From the NCBI GenBank assembly GCA_964016885.1, contig OZ024751.1:6138001-6202000 (forward strand): 64,000 nt of DNA, in the 5' to 3' direction. Positions within the stretch are counted from its first letter, which is position 1, and each line of letters opens with the position of its first letter. A program made the translations under genes and the position numbers. The notes under the pieces were generated by a model. It was not told the DNA's origin, did no database searches, and saw nothing but the letters and a program-made list of their open reading frames with translations. This stretch comes from Eledone cirrhosa. Its lineage: Eukaryota. Positions 60,618 through 64,000 of this stretch are shown here, piece after piece.

Positions 60618-63298
60618 CTGAGTGGACAAATCAAGGAAATGAGAAATGACATAGGAAAGCTTGAGTCACTACAGAATGGGACACTAAAAAACATAGGCAC
60701 TAAAAATAGACTGGAAATAAAGTACAAAACTAGGAAGAAACAGCTAAATATTATCATAGAGGAACTGAAGCAACGCATTGTAGCAAAGAGTGCAAAAATC
60801 AGGCGATACGAGAACAGAGTCAGTCAGTGTAAACAGAACCGCATTTTCGACAACGACCAGAAGATGCTGTTTGGACAGCTTGAGAGGAAAGAAAGAGGCA
60901 ACGACTTGATCCCTGAGGCGGAACAAACTAAAACATTCTGGAGAGGAATATGGGAGCAGGATGTTGGACATAATGACCAGGCAGGGTAGATTGAGACAGT
61001 ACAGAGGGAGATGGTGAGCAGGCACACCAACAAACTGATTTGAGTATCACAGTTGAAACTCTTAAGGGGCAGGCCAAAAAACTAACCAACTGGAAATCAC
61101 CAGGCCCAGATGGTGTGCAGGGGTATTGGATTAAAAATTTAACATCCCTCCACCCGAAACTGACGGCCATGTTCAATGACTGCTTGGTGTCGGGTGACAA
61201 AGAGTGGTTGACAAAAGGTACCACAGTTCTGATAATGAAAGACCGAATCAAGGGTAATGATGTTACCAACTATAGACCTATCACATGTCTGTCCGTAATG
61301 TGGAAACTGTTGACGAGCATTGTGTCTGAGGACATCTACCATCACCTCCACACAAACAACCTGTTACCGGACGAACAGAAAGGATGCCGAAAGAAGTCAC
61401 GTGGTACAAAGGACCAGTTACTTATTGATAAGATGGTAATGGGGATTGCAGGAGGAGACACACTGATCTTGCTTTGGGACGGATAGACTACAGAAAGGCA
61501 TTTGACATGGTGCCTCATTCTTTGATCACCAAAGCCTGGAGATCTTCAGGGTGGCAGATAACATCAGACAGTTGCTGGGCAGGAGTATGGGGTCCTGGGA
61601 GACAGAGTTGACATCAACTGGAGAATCCTTGGGAAGCGTGAAGATCAAGAGAGGTATCTTGCAGGGAGATAGCCTGTCCCCTCTGTTGTTTGTCCTTGCC
61701 CTGATGCCCTTGACCATTATGCTGCGAAAAGTGAGATCAGGATACAAGTTGGGAAAGGGAGTGCTTACCATCAATCACCTCCTCTTCATGGACGATCTTA
61801 AGCTCTTCGGGAAGAGTGAGAAGGAGTTGGATGTGCTTGTTGACACTGTCCGTATTTTCACCAGTGATATATGTATGCAATTTGGTATTAGTAAGTGTGG
61901 AGTCATTGTCATGAGGAGGGGTAAGTTGAGCAGAAGTAACGGAATCCAGATACCAACAGGTGAGATGATAAAGGAAATTGACACTGAGGAAGGATACAAG
62001 TATTTGGGCGTTCTGGAGAGGCTGATGACATCAAGAAAAAAAAAATGGAGGAATTGATAAGAACTGAATACCTTCGGAGAGTAAGGAGCGTATTAAAGTC
62101 ACATCTAAACAGTAGGAATGCTATAAGTGCAGTAAATTCCCGAGCTGTGTCTATTATTAGGTACAGTGCGGGAATTCTGAGATGGAATGTTGCTGAACAA
62201 AAACAAATGGATAGGAAGACTAGGAAGCTATTGACTATCTACAACATGCTCCACAAGAGGAGTGATGTCGATAGACTCTACTTAAGGAGATCTGAAGGTG
62301 GAAGAGGTATTATCAGCATAGAGGACTGTGTTCAGATGGAGAAAAACAACCTACACAAATACGTGACTGATAGTAAGGAGCCAATGCTCAGAACTGTACT
62401 GAAGGAGCGGACAATAGGACAGGGGATGTCCAAGGAGGAAATATCACCAAGGAGAAAGAGTAGCCTTCAGTAAAAATCCCTTCATAGTACCTTCTTTGAG
62501 AAAACTGAATTTAGAGATCCACAGACATGGAACTGGTTGAAAAGAGGAGACCTTAAAAAGGCTACAGAAGGAATGTTAATGGCTTTGCAGGAGTAGGCCC
62601 TCAAAACGAAGTGGTTGAAACACCACATATACAAGGAGGAGGCTAGCCCACTGTGCAGGATCTGTGGAGAGAGAGAGGAGACTGTGGCTCACATTGTATC
62701 CGAGTGTAAACACCTAGCCCAGACTCACTATAAGGGCTGGAGATATGATGTGATGGGCAGGGTGATCCACTGGCACCTATGCAAAGTAAACAATTTACCA
62801 CATTCTGAGAAGTGGTATGAGCATAAGCCAGAGGCGGTGATAGAAAACGATTAGGTGAAGGTGCTGTGGGATTTTAGGATACAGACGGACAAGAAACTGG
62901 AACACAATAGACCTGACATGTTGTTTTTGCACAAGGAAAAAGATCGTGCCTGATTGTGGATGTGGCCTGCCCATTCGACACGAGATTGTAAGAAAAGGAA
63001 AGGGAGAAAATTAACCGATGCCAGGTCTTAAAGTGGGAGGTAAAAATGAATTGGAACTGCCATGAATTCAAAGTGGTCCCGATTGTCAAGTGTTGCTAGG
63101 TACTATCTCAATGAGTTTCCAGGGATGGTTAAAGAAGATTTGTCCAGCCCCACTTTTTGGAACACTCCAAAAGGAATGCTTGCTGGGATCAGCAAGAACC
63201 CTCCGATACGTCCTGAATATCTGAGGCTGCAGGTAGCAGCTTCATATTCATTTCAACAAACTTTCCAGTTAAATAACATCAATGACTGAGACTCAAAA
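60618..63298 (+). mobile_element. R4/Dong family B copy 4 (older, many stops and frameshifts, extends furthest 5')
   Basis: ELKQRIVAKSAKIRRY, then family B RT/RLE fragments. (AAT)n tail at about 63299-63354. Confidence 0.9.
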
Positions 63299-63300
63299 AC

Positions 63301-63335
<35 letters not shown>

Positions 63336-63354
63336 TAATAATAATAATAATAAT

Positions 63355-64000
63355 ATTGACAGCATACCACACTCGTGGGTTCTGAAATGACTGCACATCT
63401 TCAAAATCTCACCTGTGATCTCAAACTTACTGAAACACAATATGTCATTATGGAACACAAATCTCCAATTGTCTCATTACACGGGGGTACATGGCTCTAG
63501 GAATATAAACATCAACTGTGCTATATTCCAGGGTGACTCACTTTCGCCCTTGCCTTTCTGCATAGCTTTAATACCCCTTACATCCGAACTTAATAGAACA
63601 GAGTACGGTTATAGAATTGACAACGAAAAAATAAAACACCTATTTCATATGGATGATTTGAAGCTATATTGCAAAGTTAATGACGAACTGGAAGGCCTTT
63701 TGCGGACAGTAAAAACGTTTAGCGATGACATTTGGATGGAGCTTGGACTTGAGAACTTGTCAGCTGAGACTCAGTTGAATTGGGTGCTGAAACAATCATA
63801 AAGGAACTTGAGCAGGAACAAACCTATAAATACTTAAGGATTAATGAGGGCTCTGGCATACAGCATGCAGGTATGAAAGAGAGGATAAGGAAAGTATGTT
63901 ACAGGAGAGTACGTACAGTTCTGAGATCAGAACTAAACGCTCGTAACAAGGTGCTAGCCATAAATTCCTTGGCAGTCCCAGTTGTCACTTATAGCTTTGG
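63355..64000 (+). mobile_element. R4/Dong family C fragment (decayed, runs off the window)
   Basis: DSIPHSWV, IFQGDSLSP, HLFHMDDLKLY and ELNARNK..AINSLAVPVVTYSF. Nucleotide sequence is distinct from A and B. Confidence 0.85.

Noticed and set aside
39951-64000. Repeat-spacer (CRISPR-like) periodicity
   Set aside because: The repeats are variable-length microsatellites and the spacers are kb-long retrotransposons. Eukaryotic context, no cas genes.

Overview
AT-rich, microsatellite-dense eukaryotic DNA with no recognisable host gene. The SINE types and repeat landscape suggest an octopus/coleoid cephalopod (inference). Left ~39 kb: three Penelope-like retroelements (RT + GIY-YIG), a decayed Helitron, two tRNA-derived SINE families, an RTE fragment and many inverted or tandem duplications inside (TA)n tracts. 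By eye, most of these duplications carry type I hammerhead ribozyme motifs (about 8 sequence families, about 15 copies). They include ORF-less 2.8-3.7 kb elements and short head-to-head palindromes, which together look like a non-autonomous, retrozyme-like system parasitising Penelope elements. Right ~24 kb: a head-to-tail stack of eight R4/Dong-clade (RT + restriction-like endonuclease) retrotransposon copies from three families, joined by (AAT)n. An intact two-ORF Tx1-like LINE is inserted antisense into one (AAT)n tract, and its 3' end resembles that of the commonest SINE in the window. All structures and alignments were read by eye, with no database search or folding computation.
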